A stretch of DNA of 8,527 bases from Azolla caroliniana (Eukaryota > Plantae > Polypodiophyta). The stretch spans positions 1-8,527 of the forward strand of contig JBHGNT010001433.1 in assembly GCA_043228905.1 (NCBI GenBank), read 5' to 3'. This document shows positions 8,101-8,527 of the stretch, one piece after another. The notes under the pieces are model-generated. The model was not told the origin of the DNA and did no database searches. It was given only the letters and a program-made list of their open reading frames with translations. The number at the start of each line of letters is the position of its first letter. The first letter of the stretch is position 1. Position numbers and translations under genes: made by a program.

Positions 8101-8527
8101 GATGGCTACAAGCTATACAAATCGAGGCAGATGCACTGTACAAAAAAAAGACATGGAGCTTGGTTCCAAAACAATCAAAATCAAATATTATTACCTGTAA
8201 GTGGTTATTTACAAAAAAAATTGATGCTCAAGGCAATTCTATTCGCTTCAAAGATCGACTGGTAGGTAGAGGATTTACTCAGATTCCGGGGGCTAACTAT
8301 CATGAGACTTTCTCTCCCACACTTAAACTCACTTCTCTCCGTCTCATATTTGCCATTACTGCATATTTAAATTTAGAACTCCATAATGTTGACATTGAGA
8401 CAACTTTCCTACATGGAGCAACCCCCAATACTTCAAGATAGTGCACATCCCGACTATGTATGCAAATTGCATAAACCTCTCTATGGATTGAAGCAATCAC
8501 CGCGTCAATGGTATGCCAAACTCCATA
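5163..8527 (+). pseudogene. gag-pol: Copia gag-pol polyprotein, disrupted by at least 9 stops and several frameshifts
   Basis: Gag starts at ATG 5163 (KLNAKNYRIWKPRM...LLSKLPKSW). Zinc knuckle CRYCKREGHTERVC is at 5922-5963 and protease WYLDTGATHH has DTGA at 6162-6173. Integrase shows LWHCRFGH...CESC, LVHTDMCGP (D 6758), RSDNGGEY (D 6947) and PYTPQQNGIA. RT shows TWSLVP...CKWLF...RLVGRGFTQ...ETFSP...DIETTFLHG and KLHKPLYGLKQSPRQWY. Frameshifts lie near 6710, 6980, 7392 and 8410, with more in the IN-RT linker. Confidence 0.95.
7394..7563 (+). repeat. 87-bp-period tandem duplication in the Copia IN-RT linker
   Basis: 7394-7476 and 7481-7563 match over 83 bp with 3 transitions. They encode TITSEDEEDPGCLPHLVETEHNSIYPN and TITSEDEEGPRCLSHLVETEHNSIYPN. 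Confidence 0.95.

Larger units (their letters stand above)
4719..8527 (+). mobile_element. Ty1/Copia LTR retrotransposon (degenerate, cut by the window end)
   Basis: LTR (TG...CA) and PBS are followed by Gag, protease, integrase and RT. Integrase before RT is diagnostic of Copia. Confidence 0.96.

Noticed and set aside
7521-8500. Minus-strand ORFs 7521..7742, 7952..8143 and 8300..8500 (also 5831..6016)
   Set aside because: They are short ORFs antisense to Copia pol with no independent coding evidence.

Overview
Eukaryotic (land-plant-like, possibly moss) transposon-rich region with no intact host gene. Two decayed LTR retrotransposons point away from each other. (1) A Ty3/Gypsy-type element on the minus strand (~3293 to <1) has a 5' LTR, a tRNA-Trp primer-binding site, a Gag-zinc knuckle-protease ORF, and a separate -1-frame Pol that runs off the window inside RT. 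(2) A Ty1/Copia element on the plus strand (4719 to >8527) has a 327-bp LTR, a tRNA-iMet PBS and Gag-PR-IN-RT. Between them lie a LINE ORF1-like fragment and a telo-box/site-II palindromic repeat cluster. The most striking signal is a complete -1 ribosomal frameshift cassette after the Gypsy protease: slippery G_GAU_UUU directly before UAG, a 5-nt spacer, then a predicted H-type pseudoknot. Both elements carry many transition-type stops, and several deletions look microhomology-mediated. Family and host assignments come from recalled motifs, not database searches.
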